Positions 29,031-39,556 of a stretch of DNA of 64,000 bases are shown one piece after another. The stretch is taken from contig JAKAWT010000002.1 of NCBI GenBank assembly GCA_021816845.1, positions 213,329-277,328 on the forward strand. The letters run 5' to 3'. The stretch comes from a bacterium (lineage in GTDB: Bacteria; Patescibacteriota; Dojkabacteria; JAKAPS01; JAJZLI01). A program made the position numbers and the translations under genes. The notes below the pieces were generated by a model that made no database searches, was not told the origin of the DNA, and saw only the letters and a program-made list of their open reading frames with translations. Numbering within the stretch: the stretch's first letter is position 1; each line of letters opens with the position of its first letter.

Positions 29031-30599
29031 CTATATTCTCCAATCCTCAACAGACTGATATCTTTGGTGAGGATATGCAATGTTGTTGAAGTTTAATCCT
29101 GTTATATCTTTATTCTCAAGATATATAAAGTTTCTACTATAAAGAAATACTGCAGGAGCTAGAGATATAAGGTTCTGTTGGAATAGCTGATAAGCTAATT
29201 TTCTCGTTTTTCTGTTTATTGAATTTATACCAATCAATAAAAGTCTATCTATATTTGAATTTGATAGGTGTGATATATTTTTATAACTTCTTGAATACCA
29301 CAGACTGAAATTATTAGGATCCACACTTCCCTTTATATTGGTCAGAATTGCATCATACTTTCCACTCTTTATAATTTTGTTAATACCATCCTTACTTTTT
29401 TTTATAAATCCTACATTGATTCCTATATTACTCCAAGTATTTTTAAGATAATTGATTATAGAGTATGGTACATTATCATAATATACAAAAAGATTGTTTT
29501 GGGATAAACTTGTTGAACTTGTTTGTAGATAGTGTTGTGCCAAAATAGGATTATATGTAAAATGTAACATTGATTTTGAGTTATAATAAGCCCATGAAGT
29601 TTTAGATATAGGTCCATATATTGGTACTGCGTTATTATTAAGATATTTTTGTACAATAGTATTTCTTGATATAGAGTATTCCATTGCATATCTAAAATTA
29701 ATATCTGTTATTTTATTAAGGTTAAAAAATAATGCAGTATATGAATATGGCATTTGTGATTCATATACATTTATATTAGAGGATAATTTATTTTTATTAA
29801 TATACTGTACATACGCACCATCTATTTCATCATATTTGAGAGCTTTAAGAACATCATTCTCATTTTTAAATATTTGTATTTTAAAATATTTAAAATGAGG
29901 TTTACCAAGGAAGTAATTGTCAAATCTTCTAAAATTAATTTCACTGTCCGTAACAGATGTAATAATATATGGTCCTGTTCCTATTATATTTGATGTATGT
30001 TCAAGATAATTTGCTCCATATGGAACAACATTAAACCCTATATCCTCAAAAAAAGTAACATCTATCTGTTGTAGAACAAATTCAATACTATATTTTGAAA
30101 GTTTTTTTACCTCTATGTTAGATAATACTGATGAAGGGAAATTTTCTTTTTCAAAATTAAAAGAATATATAACATCAGATGCTGTAAGTTTCTGTCCATT
30201 TTGGAATAGAATATTGTGTTTTAAATATATGATATATTTTGTACCTTTATTTTCTTTTTTGTATGATTGTGCAAGTACCCCTTTTATATTTCCATTTGAT
30301 TGCACTTCAAATAATTTATTAAAGACTAATTGATTAATATCATTCTCCAAAGTCATATTGGATCCACTGTATGGGTTATATAAAGTTGTTTGTGCAATAA
30401 TACCTTCACTGTAGGTACTTGAAGTTAAAAATTGAAGATTAAAGAAGTTATTCTGATATAGGATAAATGTAAGAATTATTGCAAGTATTATATAAAAAAC
30501 GATATATGATTTCGGAGAATATTTTCTAAAAAATGAGTGTATAGTATAGGGATAATCCCATAAACCTTCTCTAAACTTAAGAAATAATGATTTAAACAT
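29031..30599 (-). CDS. Peptide ABC transporter substrate-binding protein (family 5)
   Basis: LAQSY...F.NG..LTASDVIYSF, IGTGPY, FDNYF motifs; N-terminal TM anchor. Confidence 0.88.
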   Translation of the reverse strand: MFKSLFLKFREGLWDYPYTIHSFFRKYSPKSYIVFYIILAIILTFILYQNNFFNLQFLTSSTYSEGIIAQTTLYNPYSGSNMTLENDINQLVFNKLFEVQSNGNIKGVLAQSYKKENKGTKYIIYLKHNILFQNGQKLTASDVIYSFNFEKENFPSSVLSNIEVKKLSKYSIEFVLQQIDVTFFEDIGFNVVPYGANYLEHTSNIIGTGPYIITSVTDSEINFRRFDNYFLGKPHFKYFKIQIFKNENDVLKALKYDEIDGAYVQYINKNKLSSNINVYESQMPYSYTALFFNLNKITDINFRYAMEYSISRNTIVQKYLNNNAVPIYGPISKTSWAYYNSKSMLHFTYNPILAQHYLQTSSTSLSQNNLFVYYDNVPYSIINYLKNTWSNIGINVGFIKKSKDGINKIIKSGKYDAILTNIKGSVDPNNFSLWYSRSYKNISHLSNSNIDRLLLIGINSINRKTRKLAYQLFQQNLISLAPAVFLYSRNFIYLENKDITGLNFNNIAYPHQRYQSVEDWRI

Positions 30600-30611
30600 A
30601 GGATCTTACTA

Positions 30612-30848
30612 TTAACCCTGCTTTGCTACAACTAAAGATAGAATAGTACTTGTTACAAATAATACACCAAGAATAATAGTTGCATAGAGAAGAAGTTTAT
30701 CAAAACCTCTTCTTGATCTATATGATTCTCCACCAGATGATCCACCAAAAGCTACGGACAAGCCGGCACCTCTATTTTGTAGTATAATAACTATAATAAG
30801 AAGTGATGCTAGAACTATTTGTAATATATCAAGTTGATTCGAATTCAT
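30612..30848 (-). CDS. secG: Preprotein translocase subunit SecG
   Basis: IILQNRGAGLSVAFGG...RRGFDKLL between two TM helices. Confidence 0.92.
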   Translation of the reverse strand: MNSNQLDILQIVLASLLIIVIILQNRGAGLSVAFGGSSGGESYRSRRGFDKLLLYATIILGVLFVTSTILSLVVAKQG

Positions 30849-30869
30849 ATATAAGATAATATCAATAAT

Positions 30870-32834
30870 ATGCAAAAAATAAAAATTGCTACTACAATAG
30901 TTATTTTGACTATTTCCGTTTTAACATTTTTTCACAGTGTTGACCATGTATATGCTCAAACCTTAGGCACTGGTACCTCAGGTACTGGTACCTCTCCATT
31001 TAGTGTTGATTATAACATTTTATACAACATATCAAAAGATGGTACTGCAACAGTATCATATGATATCAAACTTGTAAACCTAACCCCTACTACCTATGCA
31101 TCATCTTATTCAATTGCCCTAACATCAACTGATGCTTCTTCAATATCCGTAGTCTCATCTTCAGGATCTAATCTCCCCTTTACTGTAACTAAGGGAGCAA
31201 CATCAACTTCAATTTTAACTAAATTCCCGAATTCAGTATATGGTTATGGTACATATCAGGAATGGACTATTAATTTTACAACTAACCAGATATCTAAGAT
31301 GCAGGGAGATTTGATGAATATTATGATTCCTGGATTTCAGCAAAAGAGTCTTATATCTCAGGTTACAACAACTGTAGAAGTTCCATCATCTCTAGGTCCA
31401 ATTAATTTTGCATCTCCTCAATTCCCTCAGATTGCTACAAATGGAAGTAATACAACATATACATATAACTCAAGTCAATCTTATTCTCAAAGAGGTATAT
31501 TGTTAATACTTGGTAGTTATCAAATTTATAAATTTAAATTTCATTACAAATTACAGAATCCTAATTTTTTTTCAAAAGAATCATATAAGATAGTTGTACC
31601 TGCAGACTACAAAACACAGTCAGTGATATTCTCAAAGATATATCCACAACCCACAAAGACATACATAGATTCTGATGGTAATTATATAGTGGAATATGTA
31701 TTATCTCCAAGGGCAAGTTTTACAACCACAATTGAAGGAGAAGCTAAAGTTTTTTCTACATATAATAATTTTAAGAATGCTTTACCCCAAAAACAATATT
31801 TATCTAAAAGTGACATAAAGATATATACTGCTAGTCAGCCTTACTGGCAAACTACAAACACATATATAAAGAATCTAGCTAAGAGCATTATAAAGGGTGA
31901 TACAACAACATTACAAAAGGCTCAATCTATAGAAAATTATGTAGCAGGAAAACTTGTATATAATCAAAAAGCAATCTTTGACCCTCAAAGAAAAAGATTG
32001 GGTGCAATAGTTGCTCTAGAAGAGCCTAATAACGCAATATGCCAAGAATATGTAGATGTTTTTGTAACACTTGCAAGAGCAGATGGAATACCCGCTCGTA
32101 TGATAGCAGGATATGGGGATCCTCCTGATATTAATGTAAATCCTTTGCCTCCAGATATTTTGCATGCCTGGGTACAATTTTACACACCATCTTTTGGTTG
32201 GGTAACTGCTGATCCAACATGGCAATCTACATCAGGTGGATTTAACTTTTTTGGTAATATTGGATCTAATCATCTAATCCTTGCAAGATATGGGCATAGC
32301 TCTGTAAATCCTCCTCTCATATTATCATTTGTAAGGGAGAAAAATCCTCAAAACAACATTAATATAGAAGCAGTTAATGCTCCATTTGTAGTTCATCCAA
32401 ATTTCAGCCTTACAGTATTGAATGATAATAGTCTAGTTTCAGGATTTGAAAATATACTAGAAATTAATATAAAAAATACTGGAAATCAAGTTTTACGTGG
32501 ACATGATATCACAGTGTCATCTAACCAAGGTGTAACAATAGGAAAAATTAATATTTCCAGTAATGCTATTTTTCCAGGATCTTCAGAGGTCATAAAGATA
32601 CCTATAAAAACAAATGATTATTTCTCAAGTGGAACAAAAGAAATCAATATAGATGCAACATTCTATACATACCACAAAAAAGCTGTAAATGAAAAGATCA
32701 ATAGTCTTCTAACATTTAATCCTTTGTTTGTATCAGGAATAGTACCTTGGATTCTAATTATTATCATATTCATACTCTCTATAATATTTGTAGACCTACT
32801 TTTTAGGTTTAAAAACACTAAAAGCAAGAGTTAA
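30870..32834 (+). CDS. Transglutaminase-like surface protein
   Basis: Signal peptide; ICQEY...GIPAR...HAWVQ...ADPTW triad; C-terminal TM. Confidence 0.88.
   Translation: MQKIKIATTIVILTISVLTFFHSVDHVYAQTLGTGTSGTGTSPFSVDYNILYNISKDGTATVSYDIKLVNLTPTTYASSYSIALTSTDASSISVVSSSGSNLPFTVTKGATSTSILTKFPNSVYGYGTYQEWTINFTTNQISKMQGDLMNIMIPGFQQKSLISQVTTTVEVPSSLGPINFASPQFPQIATNGSNTTYTYNSSQSYSQRGILLILGSYQIYKFKFHYKLQNPNFFSKESYKIVVPADYKTQSVIFSKIYPQPTKTYIDSDGNYIVEYVLSPRASFTTTIEGEAKVFSTYNNFKNALPQKQYLSKSDIKIYTASQPYWQTTNTYIKNLAKSIIKGDTTTLQKAQSIENYVAGKLVYNQKAIFDPQRKRLGAIVALEEPNNAICQEYVDVFVTLARADGIPARMIAGYGDPPDINVNPLPPDILHAWVQFYTPSFGWVTADPTWQSTSGGFNFFGNIGSNHLILARYGHSSVNPPLILSFVREKNPQNNINIEAVNAPFVVHPNFSLTVLNDNSLVSGFENILEINIKNTGNQVLRGHDITVSSNQGVTIGKINISSNAIFPGSSEVIKIPIKTNDYFSSGTKEINIDATFYTYHKKAVNEKINSLLTFNPLFVSGIVPWILIIIIFILSIIFVDLLFRFKNTKSKS
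30966..30992. repeat. In-frame palindrome array, 2 units, period 15
   Basis: GGCACTGGTACC-tca-GGTACTGGTACC encoding GTGTS-GTGTS. Confidence 0.65.
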
Positions 32835-32896
32835 TAATACATAAAAAGGCTTAATTCTCTAATTTTTTACATGTTTTAGCAATTATATAGGGTAAC

Positions 32897-32925
32897 TTGA
32901 CAAAAATTCTCCATATCTTTAGAAT
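32897..32925 (+). promoter_or_regulatory. Sigma70-type promoter of the ppsA-like/gpmI/femX cluster
   Basis: TTGACA-N17-TAGAAT immediately before the start codon. Confidence 0.7.
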
Positions 32926-32927
32926 GG

Positions 32928-35729
32928 ATGTATCCTATGAATAATAATTTAAAGGTTATATATCAATTTAATGAGGTTAGTGGTAGAGATTATATGAAGC
33001 TTGGTGATAAATCTATGAGTATAGGTGCTATATATAATCTATCTATACCTACTCCCCCTGGTTTTATTATTTCAGCTGATGCATATAACTTTTTCATAGA
33101 TATAACTAATTTAAAAGAACAGATAAAGGATCTTTTGGAAAAAACAGATTTTGATGATGAGAATTCTATACAAGAGGTTTCATCTAGGATTGAAGATAGC
33201 ATAATGAAATCAGAAATACCTCCTCAAGCTGAAAGAGAAATTGCTAGAGCTTATTCAAAATTATCTGGATTCTCTGATAGTACAGTTTCAGTAAGATCTT
33301 CATATATCTTTGGAGAGAATGTAGAAATTCCAGATAATATAATTCAGAATACATTTATAAATATAAAAGGTTTAGCAGAACTGACTTTAGCAATAAAAGC
33401 CTGTTGGGCAAGTTTATTTGAACCTGAGGTTTTAAAATATAGGAAAGAAAATAATGTTGATATTGTAAAAACAAGTACATCAATTCTCATACAAAAGATG
33501 GTTCAGGTAGAGGCTTCAGGACTAATGTTTACAGTATCACCTATTGATAGGGATATACATACACTTTCTATACAAGCAATACTTGGTACTATAGATGGAA
33601 TAAAATCTGGAGAGATTACTCCAGACAATTATCATATAGACAAAAAAACTTTAAAGTTTAAGGAGAAAGAAATTTCCAAACAGGAACATATGTTTGTAAA
33701 GAATCATAAATCAAAGAGTAATACTGATGAAAGTATGAAAGTTAAGATTGCATCCAAGTGGCAAGAGAATCAAAAGATAGATAATAAAAATATAATTACG
33801 TTAGCAAGATATGGATTATTATTGGAAGATATGTATAAAAGACCACAAGCTGTAGAGTGGTCTATAGAAAAGGGAAAACTGTGGGTATTAAAATCTCTAA
33901 ATATGCCTAGCTTTGATGAAAATGACCTTTTAAATATGGAGGATAACACAGAAGATAAAAGTATCAAAGCTGAAGAGGAAACAGAGAAAGTATCTCCAGA
34001 GGTAGCACCCCAAGAGGTATCACCTCAAGAAGAAATACCTCTAAAGGAAGTGGCTGATGATAACAACCCTCCTGGAAGTGTAACAGCAGCAATAAGATAT
34101 GATACTAATCTTCTTCTTACAGGATCACCTGCTTATCCTGGTATAGTCTATGGGACAGTTAAAGTAGTTAAAGATCTTAGTGAACAGGATACAGTTGAAA
34201 ATGGGGACATCATTGTCTGTGAGAATATCAATGATGATTGGAGAGAAGTATTAAGAAAAGTTAATGGTCTTATTATAGATAAGGGTAGTATAGATTCTAA
34301 AGCAGTACAAATTGCAAAAGAAATGGATATCCCTTGCATAGTGGGTGCAGAAATAGGCACAAAGGTACTTGTAAGTGGAGAGAAAATATTTTTTGATGGA
34401 TCTGTAGGAAGAATATATAAAGATAATAGTATAGGATCAACTAATAAAACTGATACTATTGATTATAAAATTGAAGACGTATCACCTATTAAAGAAAGTG
34501 AGGGAACTTCAGAGAAACCTCAAGAAACAATGCCTACAGAGGAAGTAGATAAAAAGGTTGAAAATTTAGAGGATGAGAAAACAACAGTAGATACCAAGGA
34601 ACAGATTTCTGAACCAGTCATAGAATCAGAGGTTCCAGAACCAGTTCCAGAACAAAGTCCAGAACCAGTGCCAGAACAAGAGGCTCCTGAAACAATCATA
34701 AATAATGGTGTAGAGCAAGCTCCTGAAACTGCCCCGGAGCTTGCCCAAGAACCAGAGGTTCCAGAACCAGTTCCAGAACAAAAGGTAGTTATAGATAATG
34801 ATAGCCACAAAAAGTCAAAAAATGAGAAGAGTATTTTAACCGCAACAAAGGTATATACAACAATATTTGATAGCAAACTATCAAAGGAGATACCAAAAAC
34901 AAACTTAGATGGAGTTGTAGTTTATGCAGACGATTTAATTCTCGATCTAAAGGTACATCCTAAACAGATACTATCTATACAAAAAAATAAAGAATATATA
35001 GAGGATATATCAAAAAAGGTTATAGAAATATGTGATAGTGTAACCAACTCGAGGAATGTTATATATACCCTATCTAATTTTACATCCAATGAATTTTTAC
35101 AACTAGAAGGAGGGGTTCAATTTGAAATACAAGAAGAGAATCCTTTAATAGGTTACAGAGGAACATTAAGAAATATAAAAGAGATAGAAGTTCTAAATAT
35201 GGAACTTGAAATTATAAAAAATGTGAGGAATAAACATGGTTATAAAAACCTTTGGATTATGATTCCATATGTAAGGACTCCAGAAGAATTAGTAGAGATG
35301 AAGAAAATTATATCATCTCAAAATTTAAAACGCTCATCAACATTTAAGATATTTATTGATCTACAAGTACCTTCCAACATTATTGCAATAGATGATCTTC
35401 TAGATATTGGTGTTGATGGGATTAACATAAACCTTGATGAACTATCCCAAATGGTATTGGGAATAGATTATAAAAACCCTAAGATACAAAAGGAAGTTAT
35501 ATCGACAAATAGTATAATGAGAAAAGCAATAGAGTCAATTTTGAAAAGCTCAAATGAACATAAAATATTAAACTCTATATCAGGAAGGAATATATCTGAT
35601 GATCAAGAATTTTTAGAATTCCTTATTAAGCATGGGATGAATATCATAAATGCTGAAACTGATAAAGTATATAGTGTCAAAGAAAAGCTTGCACAAATAG
35701 AAAGAGAATATATACTAAAGAAATCTTAG
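32928..35729 (+). CDS. PEP synthase (PpsA)-like protein lacking catalytic residues, with acidic Pro/Glu linkers
   Basis: VRSS, CWASLF, IQKMV, EENPLIGYRG, WIMIPYVR retained; phospho-His motif reads GSIDSKA. Confidence 0.85.
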   Translation: MYPMNNNLKVIYQFNEVSGRDYMKLGDKSMSIGAIYNLSIPTPPGFIISADAYNFFIDITNLKEQIKDLLEKTDFDDENSIQEVSSRIEDSIMKSEIPPQAEREIARAYSKLSGFSDSTVSVRSSYIFGENVEIPDNIIQNTFINIKGLAELTLAIKACWASLFEPEVLKYRKENNVDIVKTSTSILIQKMVQVEASGLMFTVSPIDRDIHTLSIQAILGTIDGIKSGEITPDNYHIDKKTLKFKEKEISKQEHMFVKNHKSKSNTDESMKVKIASKWQENQKIDNKNIITLARYGLLLEDMYKRPQAVEWSIEKGKLWVLKSLNMPSFDENDLLNMEDNTEDKSIKAEEETEKVSPEVAPQEVSPQEEIPLKEVADDNNPPGSVTAAIRYDTNLLLTGSPAYPGIVYGTVKVVKDLSEQDTVENGDIIVCENINDDWREVLRKVNGLIIDKGSIDSKAVQIAKEMDIPCIVGAEIGTKVLVSGEKIFFDGSVGRIYKDNSIGSTNKTDTIDYKIEDVSPIKESEGTSEKPQETMPTEEVDKKVENLEDEKTTVDTKEQISEPVIESEVPEPVPEQSPEPVPEQEAPETIINNGVEQAPETAPELAQEPEVPEPVPEQKVVIDNDSHKKSKNEKSILTATKVYTTIFDSKLSKEIPKTNLDGVVVYADDLILDLKVHPKQILSIQKNKEYIEDISKKVIEICDSVTNSRNVIYTLSNFTSNEFLQLEGGVQFEIQEENPLIGYRGTLRNIKEIEVLNMELEIIKNVRNKHGYKNLWIMIPYVRTPEELVEMKKIISSQNLKRSSTFKIFIDLQVPSNIIAIDDLLDIGVDGININLDELSQMVLGIDYKNPKIQKEVISTNSIMRKAIESILKSSNEHKILNSISGRNISDDQEFLEFLIKHGMNIINAETDKVYSVKEKLAQIEREYILKKS

Positions 35730-35758
35730 ACTGAGTAATATTATTAGTAAGGAAAATT

Positions 35759-37282
35759 ATGACTCCACAAAATACAGTGCATAGAGATACTCTGTATCGG
35801 GATACCGTTCTTGTCATACTAGATGGATTTGGAATATCAGAGAAAAGGAAAGGTAATGCAGTAATATCAGCTAACACCCCATTTTTAGATTCTATATATC
35901 AAAAGAGTTACTACTCAGAACTTGAGGCTTCTGGAGAATATGTTGGACTTGAAAAGAATGTTATGGGAAATAGTGAAGTTGGTCACTTAAACATAGGGGC
36001 AGGTAGGATTGTAAAACAATACTCTTTAATGATAGATGAGGATATAAAGAATAACAATTTTTTTGAGAACAAAGAAATAGATAAAGCTATACACAATGTA
36101 GAGACAAACAGGAGTAATATGCATATAATGGGACTTTTATCAGATGGCAAAGTACATTCTGACATCTCAAATTTTTATGCAATATTAAAGTATTTAAAAC
36201 AAAATGGTATAGATAAAGTTTATGTTCATATATTTTCAGATGGAAGGGATGCTGGTTATGAAAGTGTAAAAAGTTATATAAAGAAACTAGAGTCACACTC
36301 ACCAAAAAATTATATACTATCCTCCATCGTGGGCAGATATTATGCTATGGATAGAGATAATAGATGGGATAGAACAGAGAAAGCATTTAGATTACTAAGA
36401 TCACACTTTGGAATTGAGGTATCAAACATAAATGATGCTATAGATGAATCTTATAAAGAAGAGATATCTGATGAGTTTATAAAACCATACTATGTTAGAG
36501 GTACTCCAGAGGTTAAAGATAATGATTCTATGATATTCCTAAATTTTAGAGAAGACAGAGCAAGACAAATATCCAAACTTTTTATACAAAATACAAAAGT
36601 ATATTTTTTATCTATGATTCAATATGATAACTATGTTAAAAGATATATATACCCTAGTGTAAAAGTAAAAGACTCTTTATCTGAAGTAATATCCACAAAT
36701 AATCTCAAACAATTAAAGATTGCAGAAACAGAAAAATATGCCCATATAACATATTTTCTAAATGGAGGATATGAAAAAGCTTTTAGAGGAGAAGATAGAA
36801 TACTAGTACCATCACTTAAGGTTGCAACATATGATTTGGCTCCTCAAATGAGAACGCCGGAGATAACAGAAAAACTTATCTTAAGTTTAGAAAAAACTAA
36901 ATACTCTTTTGTTGCTATAAATTTTGCAGCAGCGGATATGGTTGGCCATACAGGAAATTTCAAAGCTGTGGTTGAAGCTATTGAGACTATAGATAGAAAT
37001 TTAAAACTTATATATGACGAATGTGTCAAAAAAAAGGATCTCAATTTAATCATTACTGCAGATCATGGAAATGCTGAAGAGATGATAAAGGACGAAGAAA
37101 TTTATAAGGAACATACTACAAATAAAGTACCATTCATATTCACCAATCAATCTATATCAAGAGGAAAAAGAATCAATGATGGGATACTTTCTGATATTGC
37201 ACCTACAATATTATATCTTCTAGGATTAGAAAAACCCAAAACAATGACAGGATCAAATCTTCTTGGTAAAATATATACATAA
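35759..37282 (+). CDS. gpmI: 2,3-bisphosphoglycerate-independent phosphoglycerate mutase
   Basis: ILDGFG, MGNSEVGH, GRYYAMDRD, AETEKYAH, DMVGHTG, ADHGNAE. Confidence 0.97.
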   Translation: MTPQNTVHRDTLYRDTVLVILDGFGISEKRKGNAVISANTPFLDSIYQKSYYSELEASGEYVGLEKNVMGNSEVGHLNIGAGRIVKQYSLMIDEDIKNNNFFENKEIDKAIHNVETNRSNMHIMGLLSDGKVHSDISNFYAILKYLKQNGIDKVYVHIFSDGRDAGYESVKSYIKKLESHSPKNYILSSIVGRYYAMDRDNRWDRTEKAFRLLRSHFGIEVSNINDAIDESYKEEISDEFIKPYYVRGTPEVKDNDSMIFLNFREDRARQISKLFIQNTKVYFLSMIQYDNYVKRYIYPSVKVKDSLSEVISTNNLKQLKIAETEKYAHITYFLNGGYEKAFRGEDRILVPSLKVATYDLAPQMRTPEITEKLILSLEKTKYSFVAINFAAADMVGHTGNFKAVVEAIETIDRNLKLIYDECVKKKDLNLIITADHGNAEEMIKDEEIYKEHTTNKVPFIFTNQSISRGKRINDGILSDIAPTILYLLGLEKPKTMTGSNLLGKIYT

Positions 37283-38265
37283 TGCATGAATATAGAATTT
37301 CAAATAAGGAAGAGATAGAAGAATTACAGAAAGAATTTAAATCCAATTTTCTCCAGACTACATATTGGGCTGAATTTAAAAATTGGGATACTCACTACCT
37401 AGTTTTTGAAGACAATTCTAAAGTATATGGATATTGTGTTTTATTAATAGAGAAAAAATACTTTTTTAAATTAGCATATGTGCCACGAGGACCAATTTTA
37501 AATGATTATTCAAAGATTCTAGATTCTAAGTTTAAAAGTGCTATATCAAGTATTGAGGATTTTGCAAAAACACAACACGTGTCACTTTTAAAAATAGAAC
37601 CAGACCACTCTGATATTAACCATCAAGATGGCAACCATCCAGATGGCAACATCAACTACTCTGATATATTCAAAGGGTATATCAAGGTTAATGATTTCAT
37701 ACAACCAGTACAAACTGCTGTATTAGATGTAGGAGATAGAGATTTTATGATAAAAAATATATCTTCAAAATATAGAGGAAGAATAAGGAATAAATTTAAT
37801 TTAGAATTAAAAACTATTGATGATATAGACAAATTTTTTAAAGTTTATTCAGACACAGCAAATATAAAACACTTTAAACAAAGAAATATAGAATATTTTA
37901 AGAATATGAAATTTTATTTTAAAGATCATATAAAAATCTTTGGGGTCTATTACAATAATATCCTAATAGCAGCATCTTTTAATATATTATGGCAAGATAC
38001 ATTGACTTATCTTTATTCTGGATCAGATAAAAAGTATAACAACATGTATCCAGGATATTTTCTTGTTTTTGAGTCATCATTATCTATGAAAAATAATGGT
38101 ATAAAAATTACAGACTTATGGGGAGTTAGCGATGATAATACTAAATGGCAAGGATTTTCAGAATTCAAGAAAAATATCGGAGGTAGAGTTATTGATTTCC
38201 CAGGAAGTTTTGATTTACCATTAAACAAATTATATTATTCTATATATAAATTGATCAAAAGGTAG
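37282..38265 (+). CDS. FemAB/FemX-family peptidoglycan peptidyltransferase, copy 1
   Basis: FLQTTYWAEFK, YVPRGP, KIEPD, YLYSGS, DLWGV, FKKNIGG. Confidence 0.88.
   Translation: MHEYRISNKEEIEELQKEFKSNFLQTTYWAEFKNWDTHYLVFEDNSKVYGYCVLLIEKKYFFKLAYVPRGPILNDYSKILDSKFKSAISSIEDFAKTQHVSLLKIEPDHSDINHQDGNHPDGNINYSDIFKGYIKVNDFIQPVQTAVLDVGDRDFMIKNISSKYRGRIRNKFNLELKTIDDIDKFFKVYSDTANIKHFKQRNIEYFKNMKFYFKDHIKIFGVYYNNILIAASFNILWQDTLTYLYSGSDKKYNNMYPGYFLVFESSLSMKNNGIKITDLWGVSDDNTKWQGFSEFKKNIGGRVIDFPGSFDLPLNKLYYSIYKLIKR
37605..37646. repeat. In-frame palindrome array, 3 units, period 15
   Basis: CCACTCTGATAT-taa-CCATCAAGATGG-caa-CCATCCAGATGG encoding HSDIN-HQDGN-HPDGN. Confidence 0.7.
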
Positions 38266-38271
38266 AAGAAT

Positions 38272-39270
38272 CTATTTTAATGAGATTTCAAAGCTACCAG
38301 GGAAATTTACTACTTTAGATCCCATATTCCTTTTAAAATCGGAGAATCCTTTCCATGTTGGGTTGTCATCACTTACACCCCATAGATCCATCACTGAAGC
38401 TCCTCTATCTCTCATTAATAAGGCAGATTCAAATACCAGGAAATATCCAGGATACATATTATTTTTTTCCCTGATAGACCCAGCATAAAGGTATGTTAAA
38501 GTATGCCCATGTAAGATATTAAAAGAAGCTGCAATAAGTCTACCTTCATGATATACACCAAATATTTTTGTTTTATCTTTTAGGAATCTTTGCATATCTT
38601 CAAAATATGTTATATCTCTTTTTGTAAAATGCTGTCTTTCTGAAGTACTTTGATATACTCTAAAAAAATTATCCACAGTTTCATTTTCTTTGAGTTCAAG
38701 ATTAAACTTATTCTTGACTCTACCTCTATACTTAGAATCTATCTGACTTACCATCTCACTCCTAGATCCTATTTTAAGTAATGCAACTTTAGTAGGTTGC
38801 ACACCAACATCATGATCTACTTTTTTATATTTTCTAAAAATATTTTGATAATCAATATCATCGGAATATTCATCCATAAAATCTGGTTCTATTTTTAAAG
38901 ATGATACATGTTGTGTTTTTGCAAAGTTCTCGATAGCATCTATTGCAGTTCCAAATTGTAAAGGATTTCTCAGTACAGGACCACGAGGAACATATAGTTC
39001 TTTTTTAAATAAGGATTTCCTTTGTGTTAATAATATAGCATAACCAGATACAGACATACCATCTTTAAAAACCATATAATGAGGTATTACACCTTCTTTT
39101 TGTGTTTTAAATTCTGCCCACTCTGTAGTTTGAAGAAAACTAGATTGAAATTCTTCTTGTAGTTTTTTTATTTCTCTCTTATCTGAAAATTGATATTCAG
39201 GAATATTTACAGCTTCAGACATAGAGTTTAATCCAGCTCTAAATTGTTGATATTCAATTTCAGGTTGCAT
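38272..39270 (-). CDS. FemAB/FemX-family peptidyltransferase, copy 2 (convergent paralogue)
   Basis: Same motifs; shares FAKTQHVS, SKYRGR.-NKFNLELK and NNMYPGYFLVFES with copy 1. Confidence 0.88.
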   Translation of the reverse strand: MQPEIEYQQFRAGLNSMSEAVNIPEYQFSDKREIKKLQEEFQSSFLQTTEWAEFKTQKEGVIPHYMVFKDGMSVSGYAILLTQRKSLFKKELYVPRGPVLRNPLQFGTAIDAIENFAKTQHVSSLKIEPDFMDEYSDDIDYQNIFRKYKKVDHDVGVQPTKVALLKIGSRSEMVSQIDSKYRGRVKNKFNLELKENETVDNFFRVYQSTSERQHFTKRDITYFEDMQRFLKDKTKIFGVYHEGRLIAASFNILHGHTLTYLYAGSIREKNNMYPGYFLVFESALLMRDRGASVMDLWGVSDDNPTWKGFSDFKRNMGSKVVNFPGSFEISLK

Positions 39271-39446
39271 GATAACATAGATTATATCATATCTCTACAT
39301 ATAACACTATACTATAGGAGAAATAATGCAGTCGTAAAATAATTGATGGATTAGGAATTCATTTTAATATTTATAACAGAATACTTATTCATGTAGAACA
39401 CATATATTATCAGTATATATTTCTAATATACTGTAATTTATCACAT

Positions 39447-39518
39447 TGAGGGCACCGGGATTCGAACCCGGAACAAACAGCTTAAAAGGCTGATGCTCTA
39501 CCGTTGAGCTATACCCCC
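39447..39518 (-). tRNA. tRNA-Lys(TTT)
   Basis: Cloverleaf; anticodon loop CTTTTAA; GGTTCGAATCC. Confidence 0.93.
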
Positions 39519-39556
39519 AAATTTGTAATGATGATAACACAAAATCTTAAAATTAT

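Noticed and set aside
28393-29096. 5' extension of ORF 27865..28707 and ORFs 28857..29096 and 28892..29080
   Set aside because: They run through well-formed tRNA genes; the open frames are incidental.
34620-34782. EVPEPVPEQ repeats in the PpsA-like linker as part of the palindrome family
   Set aside because: They are 12/24-bp direct repeats without internal symmetry; ordinary low-complexity linker expansion.
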